A stretch of 64,000 nucleotides of DNA from an uncultured Pelagibacteraceae bacterium (GTDB lineage: Bacteria; Pseudomonadota; Alphaproteobacteria; Pelagibacterales; Pelagibacteraceae), in NCBI GenBank assembly GCA_902588635.1, contig CACIPW010000002.1:28306-92305 (forward strand), given 5' to 3'. Position 1 is the stretch's first letter; each line of letters opens with the position of its first letter. The translations under genes and the position numbers were made by a program. Positions 1 to 8,438 of the stretch are shown here, in pieces. The notes under the pieces were generated by a model, which saw only the letters and a list, made by a program, of their open reading frames with translations, was not told the origin of the DNA and did not search any database.

Positions 1-2
1 AT

Positions 3-833
3 CAAAATCCACACCTTTCTCCTTTTGATGAATTTCAAAGGTTTAAAACTCATCCAGCAATTACAAAAGTTATTGAAGGTGGAAAAAGAATTTCTTATGG
101 AGCTAGAGCATTAATTGAAGGAGGATTACAAAGTTTACCAAAAATGTTTATGTCGGGTGCATTATTAGTTGGATGTGATGCTGGTACATTAAATATGCCA
201 AAAATTAAAGGCTCACATACTGCTATGAAAAGCGGAATGATTGCAGCTGAAGCTATATTTGAACATATAGACCAACAGAAAAATTTATCAGTTTATGAGG
301 AAAAATTTAACAAAAGTTGGGTTTACGAAGAACTTCATGCAGCAAGAAATGTTAAACCAAGTTTTAATTGGGGTTTAATTTTAGGTATAATTTTTACAGG
401 TATTGATCAGATATTGTTTAGAGGAAAACTTCCTTTTACTTTAAAGCATAAGCATGCTGATCATGAAACATTAAAACCTTCTAAAGAAATGTCTAAAATT
501 GACTACCCAAAACCGGATAACGTTATAACGTTTGATAAAACTAGCTCAGTATATTTAACAGGAACAAATCATGCGGATAATCAACCAGTGCATTTAAAGC
601 TTAACAATCCTGATTTGCCCATTAATTTTACTTTAGATAAATTTGATGAACCTGCACAAAGATATTGTCCCGTTGGAGTTTATGAAGTCCAAACTGAAAA
701 TAATGTAAAAAAATTTGTTATAAATTCTCAAAATTGTATTCACTGTAAAACTTGTGATATTAAAGAACCCTCTCAAAATATTACATGGGTAACACCTGAA
801 GGTGGAGGAGGTCCCAAATATGGAAATATGTAA
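3..833 (+). CDS. Electron transfer flavoprotein-ubiquinone oxidoreductase, 5'-truncated by the window edge
   Basis: Frame is open from base 3 (QNPHLSPFDEFQRFKTHP...). Contains GCDAGTLNMPKIKGSHTAMKSG and the C-terminal 4Fe-4S motifs RYCP and NCIHCKTCDIK...GGGGPKY. Confidence 0.95.
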   Translation, partial: QNPHLSPFDEFQRFKTHPAITKVIEGGKRISYGARALIEGGLQSLPKMFMSGALLVGCDAGTLNMPKIKGSHTAMKSGMIAAEAIFEHIDQQKNLSVYEEKFNKSWVYEELHAARNVKPSFNWGLILGIIFTGIDQILFRGKLPFTLKHKHADHETLKPSKEMSKIDYPKPDNVITFDKTSSVYLTGTNHADNQPVHLKLNNPDLPINFTLDKFDEPAQRYCPVGVYEVQTENNVKKFVINSQNCIHCKTCDIKEPSQNITWVTPEGGGGPKYGNM

Positions 834-1208
834 TCAGGAAATATCTATTGCAAATTTTTTTAATTTTTCAATAGGAACAAGTTTAAGAGTATTTTCGTGA
901 GTTCTCTTTAAATAGATTGAACATCCTTTTCCAGCCTCTATAGCTCTACCAACCCAATCAGCGCAGACACACCATTTGTCTCCTTCTTTTAACCCAGGAA
1001 AACCAAATTCAGGGTGTGGTGTAATTAAATCATTACCAGCTTCTTTACACCATTTCAAAAATTCATTATTAACTTTTACACACACTGTATGAAACCCATG
1101 ATCATTTTCATCAGTGTTGCAACAGCCATCCCTAAACCATCCCGTTAAAGGGTCCACTGAACATTCTTCAAGTTCTCCACCTAGAACATTCTTTTGCTTT
1201 TCACTCAT
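834..1208 (-). CDS. DUF2237-family Cys-rich protein
   Basis: NVLGGELEECS.DPLTGWFRDGCC, H.VC, and GLKEGDKWCVCA..W motifs. Confidence 0.85.
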   Translation of the reverse strand: MSEKQKNVLGGELEECSVDPLTGWFRDGCCNTDENDHGFHTVCVKVNNEFLKWCKEAGNDLITPHPEFGFPGLKEGDKWCVCADWVGRAIEAGKGCSIYLKRTHENTLKLVPIEKLKKFAIDIS

Positions 1209-1675
1209 TAAATTTTTGTTGGATTTGGTTCATCTTTGTAAATTTTTTCTGGGTCGAAAGATTTTTCTTTTTCTTCAAACTTCATTTCAATATTTCTTGC
1301 ATTATCTATTTTTCCAAGAGGGACTGACCTGTAAAAACACGATCTGTATCCGACATGACAACTAGAACCATTTCCAATATCAACAGTTAGCCATATTGAA
1401 TCCTGGTCATCATCTATTCTAAGCTCTATAACTTTTTGTACAAAACCACTTACTTTTCCTTTGTGCCAAATTTGTTTTCTTGATCTACTCCAATAATGTG
1501 CTTCTTTAGTTTCTATTGTCTTTTTTAATGCTTCAACATTCATATAGCCATGCATTAATACGTCTCTTGTTTTAGCACAAACTGTCACAACTGGGATTAA
1601 TCCATCGTTATCAAATTTAGGAGATAGAAGCTTTCCTTCTTCAATTTCAGCAATATTTTCTCTCTTTTTAAACAT
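1208..1675 (-). CDS. hisI: Phosphoribosyl-AMP cyclohydrolase
   Basis: GLIPVV, YWSRSR..IWHKG..SG, DDDQD and SCHVGYRSCFY motifs. Start moved to the ATG at 1675 (MFKKREN); the longer ORF overlaps folE. Confidence 0.9.
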   Translation of the reverse strand: MFKKRENIAEIEEGKLLSPKFDNDGLIPVVTVCAKTRDVLMHGYMNVEALKKTIETKEAHYWSRSRKQIWHKGKVSGFVQKVIELRIDDDQDSIWLTVDIGNGSSCHVGYRSCFYRSVPLGKIDNARNIEMKFEEKEKSFDPEKIYKDEPNPTKI

Positions 1676-1754
1676 AAGATAGGTAATTATGTAGCATATC
1701 AGAAAATATATTAAATATTTTAAAATTATGAAATTATATGTATAAACGGTTTTC

Positions 1755-2363
1755 ATGAAATTAGTTAAAAATATAGACAACAAAACCACAAAAAATAACA
1801 ACGTTTCTGACAAGGAAGCGGAAGAAGCTTTTATTAAAATATTTGAGTGGATAGGAGAAGATCCTTCAAGAGAAGGATTAATTGAAACACCCAAAAGAGT
1901 TATCAAAGCATTTAAAGAATATTTTAAAGGCTATAACGAAGACGCAACAAAAATTTTAGACAAAACTTTTGGAGACGTTCAGGGCTATGATGATATGGTT
2001 ATTCAAAAAAATATATCTGTTCAAAGTCATTGCGAACATCATATGGCTCCTATTATTGGAGTTGCGCATGTGGCTTATATTCCAAACAAAAGAGTTGTCG
2101 GTCTTAGTAAACTTGCAAGAGTTGTTGAAGTTTTTTCAAAGAGACTTCAAACTCAAGAAAGACTTACAATGCAAATTGCAAACACTTTGATGAATGCATT
2201 AGACGCCAAAGGTGTTGCGGTTTCTATTGATGCCACTCATCAGTGTATGACCATGAGAGGAATTAAAAAAGAACAAGCAACTACCGTTACAAATTACTAT
2301 CTTGGTAAATTTAAAGAAGACTTAGGTTTTCAAAATAGATATTTGAGATTTATTAGCAAATAA
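1755..2363 (+). CDS. folE: GTP cyclohydrolase I
   Basis: GEDPSREGLIETPKRV, SHCEHH, GLSKLAR, RLQTQERLT, HQCMTMRG. Confidence 0.97.
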   Translation: MKLVKNIDNKTTKNNNVSDKEAEEAFIKIFEWIGEDPSREGLIETPKRVIKAFKEYFKGYNEDATKILDKTFGDVQGYDDMVIQKNISVQSHCEHHMAPIIGVAHVAYIPNKRVVGLSKLARVVEVFSKRLQTQERLTMQIANTLMNALDAKGVAVSIDATHQCMTMRGIKKEQATTVTNYYLGKFKEDLGFQNRYLRFISK

Positions 2364-2388
2364 ATTTTTATATAATAAAATAAAAAAG

Positions 2389-3393
2389 ATGTCAGAAAAA
2401 TTTAAAGCACTATTTGTAAATCAAGAAGGTGAAAATTTTACAAGAGAAATTAAAACAATAGATAAAAGTTTTTTAAAGCACGGAGATGTTTTAGTTAAAG
2501 TTGACTACTCAGGGTTAAATTATAAAGATGCTCTCATTTTAAAGAATGGCGCAAGATTAGTAAAAGAATTTCCTCATATTCCAGGTATAGATTTTTCAGG
2601 AACAGTTGCTGAAAGTCAAAATAAAAATTTTAAAGAAGGTGATGAAATAATTCTTACAGGTTGGAGAGTAGGAGAAATATTTTTTGGTGGATACTCGCAG
2701 TTTGCAAAAGTAAATGGAGATTTTTTAGTTAAAAAACCAAAATCACTTTCATCAAAACAAGCAATGATCTTAGGAACTGCTGGACTTACGGCTCTTCAAT
2801 GTTCATTTGCAGTAAAACAGGCAAGAGAAGAATTGTTACTTGGTGAAAAAGTTGAAGATGTATTAGTTACAGGGGCCTCGGGCGGAGTTGGTAGTATTGC
2901 TGTTATGATTTTAAACAAACTAGGATGCAATGTAACCGCAGTTACAAGCAAAGATAGTAATAACGAATACTTAAAGAGTATTGGTGCAAAAAATATAACA
3001 AAAACAAGTGATTTAGATAAAGAAGCAAGACCATTGGATAAGGGAATGTGGGATGGTGCCGTTGATACTGTTGGAGGAAATATACTGTCAAATGTTTTGT
3101 CTCATATAAAAGAAACTGGAATTGTTGCTGCATGCGGTAATGCTTCAAGTATAAAACTAAACACAACTGTTATGCCATTTATAATTAGAGGTGTTAAACT
3201 TTGGGGAATAAACTCTGTTAATACTTCAATTAAAAGAAGACAATTTCTTTGGGAAGAATCTTCAAAATTAATAGATTTTACATTGTTAGAAAAATCTATA
3301 AAAGAAGTAAATTTAGAGGAGCTTTTAAATATATTTCCAAAAATGTTAGAAGGAAAAACTACAGGAAGATATATTATAAACTTAAGCAAATAA
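2389..3393 (+). CDS. acuI: Acryloyl-CoA reductase AcuI/YhdH (MDR family)
   Basis: YSGLNYKDAL, PGIDFSG, GTAGLTA, VTGASGGVGS, TTVMPFIIRGV.L.GINSV. Confidence 0.88.
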   Translation: MSEKFKALFVNQEGENFTREIKTIDKSFLKHGDVLVKVDYSGLNYKDALILKNGARLVKEFPHIPGIDFSGTVAESQNKNFKEGDEIILTGWRVGEIFFGGYSQFAKVNGDFLVKKPKSLSSKQAMILGTAGLTALQCSFAVKQAREELLLGEKVEDVLVTGASGGVGSIAVMILNKLGCNVTAVTSKDSNNEYLKSIGAKNITKTSDLDKEARPLDKGMWDGAVDTVGGNILSNVLSHIKETGIVAACGNASSIKLNTTVMPFIIRGVKLWGINSVNTSIKRRQFLWEESSKLIDFTLLEKSIKEVNLEELLNIFPKMLEGKTTGRYIINLSK

Positions 3394-4283
3394 TGGATTG
3401 GGACAAGTTAAAAATTTTCCATGCTGTTGCAGAGGCTGGAAGTTTTACAAACGCTACAATTAATTTAAATTTAAGTCAATCAGCTATAAGTAGACAAATT
3501 CAATCCTTAGAAGATGACCTAAAAGTAAAATTATTTGAAAGACATGCTAGAGGTCTTACCCTTACAGAAAACGGAGAATATCTTTATAAAACTGCTCATG
3601 AAGTAATTTCCAAGTTAAAAGAAGTAGAGACTTCATTAGGTGATCAAAAAAACAAACCATCAGGAAAACTTACTATTACAACCGTTCGAAGCTTTGGAAC
3701 TCACTGGTTAACACCAAGAATTCAAGAGTTTATGCGGATAAATCCAGAAATTGAAATAGAACTTATATTTGATGACAAGGAATTAGATTTAAGCACCAGA
3801 CAGGCAGATATAGGCATTTTTATGAGAAGACCAAAGCAGCTCAGCTATATACAGAGAAAACTAATAGATATTAATTATCACATTTATGGATCAAACAAAT
3901 ACTTAGAAGAAAACGGTATTCCAAAAACAATAAACGACCTAAACAGTCACAGATTTATATCTTTTGGAAAAGGTGCGCCATCTCCTGTTTACAATCCTGA
4001 TTGGGCTTTAAAAATAGGAATGAAGGATAACAAAAAGAGAAAATCTGTTATGAAAGTTAACAGTGTTATGGGTCTTTTGCTTGCAGTTGAAAGTGGAGTA
4101 GGATTAGCAGCACTTCCAGATTATTTGGTATTTCAGTCCAGAAACCTTATAAAGGTTGTTCCGAAAGCTGAAGGACCAGTAACAGAAGCTCATTTTGTAT
4201 ACCCTCAATCCATGAAAAATGTAGCTAGGGTTCAAACTTTTAAGAATTTTCTTTATAGCAAAATATCCGAATGGAAATTTTAA
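3393..4283 (+). CDS. LysR-family regulator, VtlR/LsrB-like
   Basis: Starts MDWDKLKIFHAVAEAGSFT...LSQSAISRQI...LFERHARGLTLTE. The ATG at 3393 overlaps the acuI stop (TAATG). Confidence 0.9.
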   Translation: MDWDKLKIFHAVAEAGSFTNATINLNLSQSAISRQIQSLEDDLKVKLFERHARGLTLTENGEYLYKTAHEVISKLKEVETSLGDQKNKPSGKLTITTVRSFGTHWLTPRIQEFMRINPEIEIELIFDDKELDLSTRQADIGIFMRRPKQLSYIQRKLIDINYHIYGSNKYLEENGIPKTINDLNSHRFISFGKGAPSPVYNPDWALKIGMKDNKKRKSVMKVNSVMGLLLAVESGVGLAALPDYLVFQSRNLIKVVPKAEGPVTEAHFVYPQSMKNVARVQTFKNFLYSKISEWKF

Positions 4284-4303
4284 GGACTGCGTCAATCTGT
4301 GCG

Positions 4304-4338
4304 ATTGATAATCATTATTAATGAGAATAATTCTCATT
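4304..4338. promoter_or_regulatory. Two overlapping Fur-type iron boxes
   Basis: ATTGATAAT-C-ATTATTAAT (4304-4322, 8/9 inverted repeat) and AATGAGAAT-A-ATTCTCATT (4320-4338, perfect 9-1-9), directly upstream of an Fe(III)-binding protein gene. Confidence 0.8.
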
Positions 4339-4374
4339 CACATTAATTAAAAATTAGTAAAAAGGATAAAAAAA

Positions 4375-5397
4375 ATGAGAAAGGTATCAACTTTAGCACT
4401 TTTAATTTCTTTCTTTGCAACTTCTGTATTTGCAAATGAAGTGAATGTTTTTAGTGCAAGACATTACGACTCAGATATTCAGCTTTACGAAAAATTTACA
4501 GCAAAAACTGGAATTAAAGTAAACGTTGTATCTGGTAAATCAAAAGCCTTAGAAAAAAGAATAACCGAAGAAGGTACAGACAGTAATGCCGATCTTTATA
4601 TTACTGCTGATGCAGGAAGATGTGGAGCTTTTAAAGCAAAAGGAATGCTTCAAGGCGGTTTAACATCTGCTTCAATCATATCAGCTGTACCAAAAAACTT
4701 TAGAACTTCACAGTGGGTTGGAATAGCAAAAAGAGCAAGAATAGTTTATTTCGCTCCAGAAAGAGTAAGCGGTGCCGAATTAGCTGGCTTGACCTATGAA
4801 AGTTTAGCTGATTCAAAATGGAAAGGAAGACTTGTAATAAGAAAATCTAACAACATTTATAATCAATCACTTGTAGCATCGTTAGTAAAAAATAATGGAA
4901 AAGGTGCGACAGCAGATTGGGCAAAAGGTGTTGTTTCAAACATGGCAAGAACTCCGAAAGGCAATGATAGAGCACAAATTATGGCTGTAGCAGCTGGTGA
5001 AGCTGATATTGCTGTAGCTAACACATATTACTTAGCTTTAATGTTATCAGGAAAAAAAGGTGCAGAACAACAAGAGGCTGCAAAAAAAGTTAAACCTTTT
5101 TTCCCTAATCAAGATGGAAGAGGAACACATATGAATATTAGCTGCGCTGGTTTAGTAAAGGGTGCGCCTAATAAAGCAAACGCAATTGCATTGGTGGAGT
5201 TTTTATTAAGTCCAGAAGCTCAAGAACATATTGTAAATAATACATTTGAGTATCCAATGATTGCAGGTGTTTCACCTCATCCACTAGTTGTTAATATGGG
5301 GTTAGATTTTAAACAAGATCTAAAAACTAAAGTTGTTAACTACGGTAAAAAACAAGCTGATGCATTAGAAGTAATGTTAGCAGCAGGTTGGAAATAA
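4375..5397 (+). CDS. sfuC: Fe(III) ABC transporter substrate-binding protein (FutA/SfuC type)
   Basis: Signal peptide, SARHY, YNQSL, GNDRAQI, ANTYY (tyrosine iron ligands), EYP. Confidence 0.92.
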   Translation: MRKVSTLALLISFFATSVFANEVNVFSARHYDSDIQLYEKFTAKTGIKVNVVSGKSKALEKRITEEGTDSNADLYITADAGRCGAFKAKGMLQGGLTSASIISAVPKNFRTSQWVGIAKRARIVYFAPERVSGAELAGLTYESLADSKWKGRLVIRKSNNIYNQSLVASLVKNNGKGATADWAKGVVSNMARTPKGNDRAQIMAVAAGEADIAVANTYYLALMLSGKKGAEQQEAAKKVKPFFPNQDGRGTHMNISCAGLVKGAPNKANAIALVEFLLSPEAQEHIVNNTFEYPMIAGVSPHPLVVNMGLDFKQDLKTKVVNYGKKQADALEVMLAAGWK

Positions 5398-5406
5398 AAG
5401 GAACAA

Positions 5407-5592
5407 GTGAAAAAGAATTTATTTGATATTGATTATAATAATTCTTCTGGAGACACGGTTCTTCTGAAAGCATGCGATCCATGCGCTACAGAGTGTAAAA
5501 AAATTAATGTTAAAATAAATGGAAGAAAATTATCTGAGTTAAGAGAAGAAGAGGTGCCACACATCCTTTCCCTTTTTAATGATAAAGACTAA
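5407..5592 (+). CDS. Small hypothetical protein with a CxxCxxxC motif
   Basis: GTG start with AAGGA 5 nt upstream, 9 nt after the sfuC stop; 61 aa containing CDPCATEC. Confidence 0.65.
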   Translation: MKKNLFDIDYNNSSGDTVLLKACDPCATECKKINVKINGRKLSELREEEVPHILSLFNDKD

Positions 5593-5603
5593 TTTTCATT
5601 ACC

Positions 5604-5669
5604 TATATGGTGCTCATGGCCTTCCCAATTAGATGATTTACCCCATCTAATATGCTATGAGCACTTATA
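5604..5669 (+). ncRNA. Structured two-stem RNA element before the iron permease start codon
   Basis: GTGCTCATGGC (5610-5620) pairs with GCTATGAGCAC (5654-5664) with one G-U pair. Inner stem ATTAGATG/CATCTAAT. Loops CTTCCCA/AT and ATTTACCC. Confidence 0.6.
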
Positions 5670-5670
5670 A

Positions 5671-7299
5671 ATGTATTATAAAAATATTAACATTTGGTAC
5701 TTTGCAACTTTTTTAATATCTTTAGTTGTTGCTATTCCTATCATAACAGTTTTTTCAAGTTTTTTTCAAAATACATCGAATTTTTCAGAGATTTTAAGAA
5801 ATACATTTTTGTTTGAATATATTTATAATTCCATTGTGTTGTTAGTAGGAGTTTTGTTTTTAACTTTTATAATAGGAGTTGGTTGTGCTTACTTAGTATC
5901 TTTCTACGATTTTCCCGGTGTAAATTTTTTTAAATGGGCTTTAATTTTATCTTTTGCTGTTCCACCATATATTTACGCATATTCTTTAACTGCTTTTTTT
6001 GAAAACTATGGGACAGCCTTTACAATTCTAAAATTTATTTTTGGTGAAGGTAATTATAATAAATTAATTTACAAATTTGATGGTATGGAAGGAGCGATAT
6101 TATCTTTATCTTTCTCTCTATTTGCTTATGTATATATTTTAACTAGAGCTTCATTTTTTTATCAATCTCAAAACATGATAGATTTAGGAAAAAACCTTGG
6201 CTTTTCTAAAGTTAAATCACTTTTTTCAATAATAATACCATCAGCTAGACCAGCAATCGTTGCAGGACTTTCACTTGTTGCAATGGAAACTTTAGCAGAT
6301 TTTGGAGCTGTAGATTTTTTTGGCATCTCGACACTTACAACGGGCATATATAATTCTTGGTTATCATTTGATGATTTAGCTTTTGCTAATCAATTGTCTT
6401 TTTATTTATTGATATTTATATTTGGACTATTTGTTTTAGAAAACTTATCTAGAAAAAAAGCAAAATATCACTCACCTACAAAAGGTGGATTTAAAAAAAA
6501 GGAAAAGTATAATTTATTTGGATGGAAATCATTCTTTGCTTTTTTTGCTTGCTTTTTCGTATTATTTTTAAGTTTTATATTTCCACTAAGTCAAATGCTT
6601 TATTGGACAATAATCTTTCCAAAAAATTTTATTGATTTAAACTTTATTGAATTATCTATAAATACTTTGTATTTGGTAATTTTATCTTCTATTACTTTAA
6701 TAATTTTTTCTTTCATTTCAAACTACGGAAACAGAGTTTCACGGAGCAAATTTTTAAATATTTTAACTACATTCTCGGTATCTGGTTATGCAATACCAGG
6801 GATAATTCTTGCTGTTGCATTTATAAGTTTTATTGCTTGGTTTGATAATTCTGTAATTAAGTTTTTTGGTTTTGACCCAATCAAAAAATTTTTCATTGGA
6901 TCAATTTTTGGATTAGTATTAGTTTATTTCGTAAGATTTTATTCATTAGCTTGTAATGGTATAAAATCAGGTTATGAAAAAATAAATAGATCTATAGACG
7001 AAAGTGCATATTTAATTGGTTACTCTAAATTTAAAACATTTACAAATATACACATTCCATATTTAAGAAATTCAGCTTTACTAATAGGTATACTAATATC
7101 CTTAGAGATTGTAAGAGAACTGCCAATAACATTAATCTTGAGACCATTTAATTTTGAAACTTTTGCAACAACTGCTTATATTTATGCTTCGCAAGATTTA
7201 CTAGAAGCAGCAGCAGTGCCATCTTTATTTTTGATAATTATTGCAAGTTTCTTTATTTTGTTTACATCAAAGTATATTCTAAGAGAAAGACATGAGTAA
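5671..7299 (+). CDS. sfuB: Fe(III) ABC transporter permease
   Basis: Two-repeat permease with ARPAIVAG...METLADFG and ELPITLILRPFNFETFA motifs. Confidence 0.92.
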   Translation: MYYKNINIWYFATFLISLVVAIPIITVFSSFFQNTSNFSEILRNTFLFEYIYNSIVLLVGVLFLTFIIGVGCAYLVSFYDFPGVNFFKWALILSFAVPPYIYAYSLTAFFENYGTAFTILKFIFGEGNYNKLIYKFDGMEGAILSLSFSLFAYVYILTRASFFYQSQNMIDLGKNLGFSKVKSLFSIIIPSARPAIVAGLSLVAMETLADFGAVDFFGISTLTTGIYNSWLSFDDLAFANQLSFYLLIFIFGLFVLENLSRKKAKYHSPTKGGFKKKEKYNLFGWKSFFAFFACFFVLFLSFIFPLSQMLYWTIIFPKNFIDLNFIELSINTLYLVILSSITLIIFSFISNYGNRVSRSKFLNILTTFSVSGYAIPGIILAVAFISFIAWFDNSVIKFFGFDPIKKFFIGSIFGLVLVYFVRFYSLACNGIKSGYEKINRSIDESAYLIGYSKFKTFTNIHIPYLRNSALLIGILISLEIVRELPITLILRPFNFETFATTAYIYASQDLLEAAAVPSLFLIIIASFFILFTSKYILRERHE

Positions 7300-8347
7300 T
7301 TTTTTTGAAGTTAAAAATGCCACTTTTCAAGCTGGAAGAAATGACAAGGTAAACAATGTTTCTTTTGAGATTAAAAACGAAGGAGACGTTGTGTGTTTGC
7401 TGGGTCCATCTGGTATTGGAAAAACAACAATATTAAGATCTATTGCAGGTTTAGAAAAAATATCAAAAGGTTCAATTTTCTTAAAAGGTAGCACTTTATC
7501 TTCTGATAAAATTCATATTGAGCCAGAGAACAGAAATGTTGCATTATCTTTTCAGGAAAATAGCTTGTTTCCACATCATACAGTTCAAAAAAATATTCTT
7601 TTAGGAGCAGAAAACAAAAAAAATTCAAAAAAAAATATAAATATTGAGGAAATAATTAGTTTATTAAATTTAAATGGCATTCTTAATAAGTACCCACATC
7701 AAATTAGCGCAGGTGAAGCTCAAAGAGCATCTCTAGCAAGGTCTCTTGTTTCAGGTCCTGATTTACTGTTATTGGATGAGCCATTATCAAATATAGATCA
7801 AAGTTTTAAAGAGGAAATTCAAGTAAAATTAAAACAGATAATTAAAAACCTTAAAATAACAACTATTATAGTTACTCATGACTCTTATGAAGCATTTTAT
7901 CTTGGTGATTATTGCGGAATTATTTTAAACAATGAATTAAAACAATATGATGAACCATACAATGTCTACCATTTCCCTAACTCAATTGAGGTAGTAAATT
8001 TTTTAAATAGAGGAGTCTTAATTCCTGCCAAAGTATCAAGCCCAAAAAGCCTTGAAAATTTTGAATTAGGCACAATTACGGGCAATTTTATTAAACCTTA
8101 TCCAATTGGAAAAGATGTAAAACTTTTAATTCAACCAGAAGATTTAGAACATGATGACAAAAGTAACTTAAAATTAAATGTTGTTGATAAAAAATTTAGA
8201 GGCTCTAATTTTATATACACATTAAAAACTGGAAGTGATTTGTTAATACCCGTTTTTGTTCACTCACATCACATTCATCAACATGAAATTAATGATAAGT
8301 TTGGAATTAAAAAACCAATCCATATTGAGCATTTAGTTTGCTTTTAA
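7292..8347 (+). CDS. sfuA: Fe(III) ABC transporter ATP-binding protein
   Basis: Walker A GPSGIGKT, signature ISAGE, Walker B LLLLDEP, VTHD, C-terminal TOBE-like region. Confidence 0.92.
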   Translation: MSNFFEVKNATFQAGRNDKVNNVSFEIKNEGDVVCLLGPSGIGKTTILRSIAGLEKISKGSIFLKGSTLSSDKIHIEPENRNVALSFQENSLFPHHTVQKNILLGAENKKNSKKNINIEEIISLLNLNGILNKYPHQISAGEAQRASLARSLVSGPDLLLLDEPLSNIDQSFKEEIQVKLKQIIKNLKITTIIVTHDSYEAFYLGDYCGIILNNELKQYDEPYNVYHFPNSIEVVNFLNRGVLIPAKVSSPKSLENFELGTITGNFIKPYPIGKDVKLLIQPEDLEHDDKSNLKLNVVDKKFRGSNFIYTLKTGSDLLIPVFVHSHHIHQHEINDKFGIKKPIHIEHLVCF

Positions 8348-8371
8348 AAATTAAATATTATAAATTTTAAT

Positions 8372-8432
8372 AAAGGGGTGTCGTAAGACTGAGATTAAAC
8401 CCTTAGAACCTGTCCGGTAATTCAGAAAGGGA
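8372..8432 (+). ncRNA. TPP (THI-box) riboswitch, variant in the P4/P5 arm
   Basis: AAGGGGTG-TC-GTAA-GA-CTGAGA-TTAAACCCTT-AGAACCTG...TAAT...AGGGA. The 3' end overlaps the RBS of a thiamine-precursor transporter gene. Confidence 0.85.
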
Positions 8433-8438
8433 GAAAAA

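Noticed and set aside
1676-1906. N-terminal extension of the hisI ORF
   Set aside because: It overlaps folE on the opposite strand and has no HisI similarity; the ATG at 1675 is the better start.
3249-3392. N-terminal extension of the LysR ORF
   Set aside because: It lies inside acuI; the HTH domain begins at MDWDKL (3393).
5610-5664. Minus-strand TGGGAAGGC resembling part of a cobalamin riboswitch
   Set aside because: No B12 box or other core elements are present, the G-U pair favours the plus strand, and there is no downstream gene on the minus strand.
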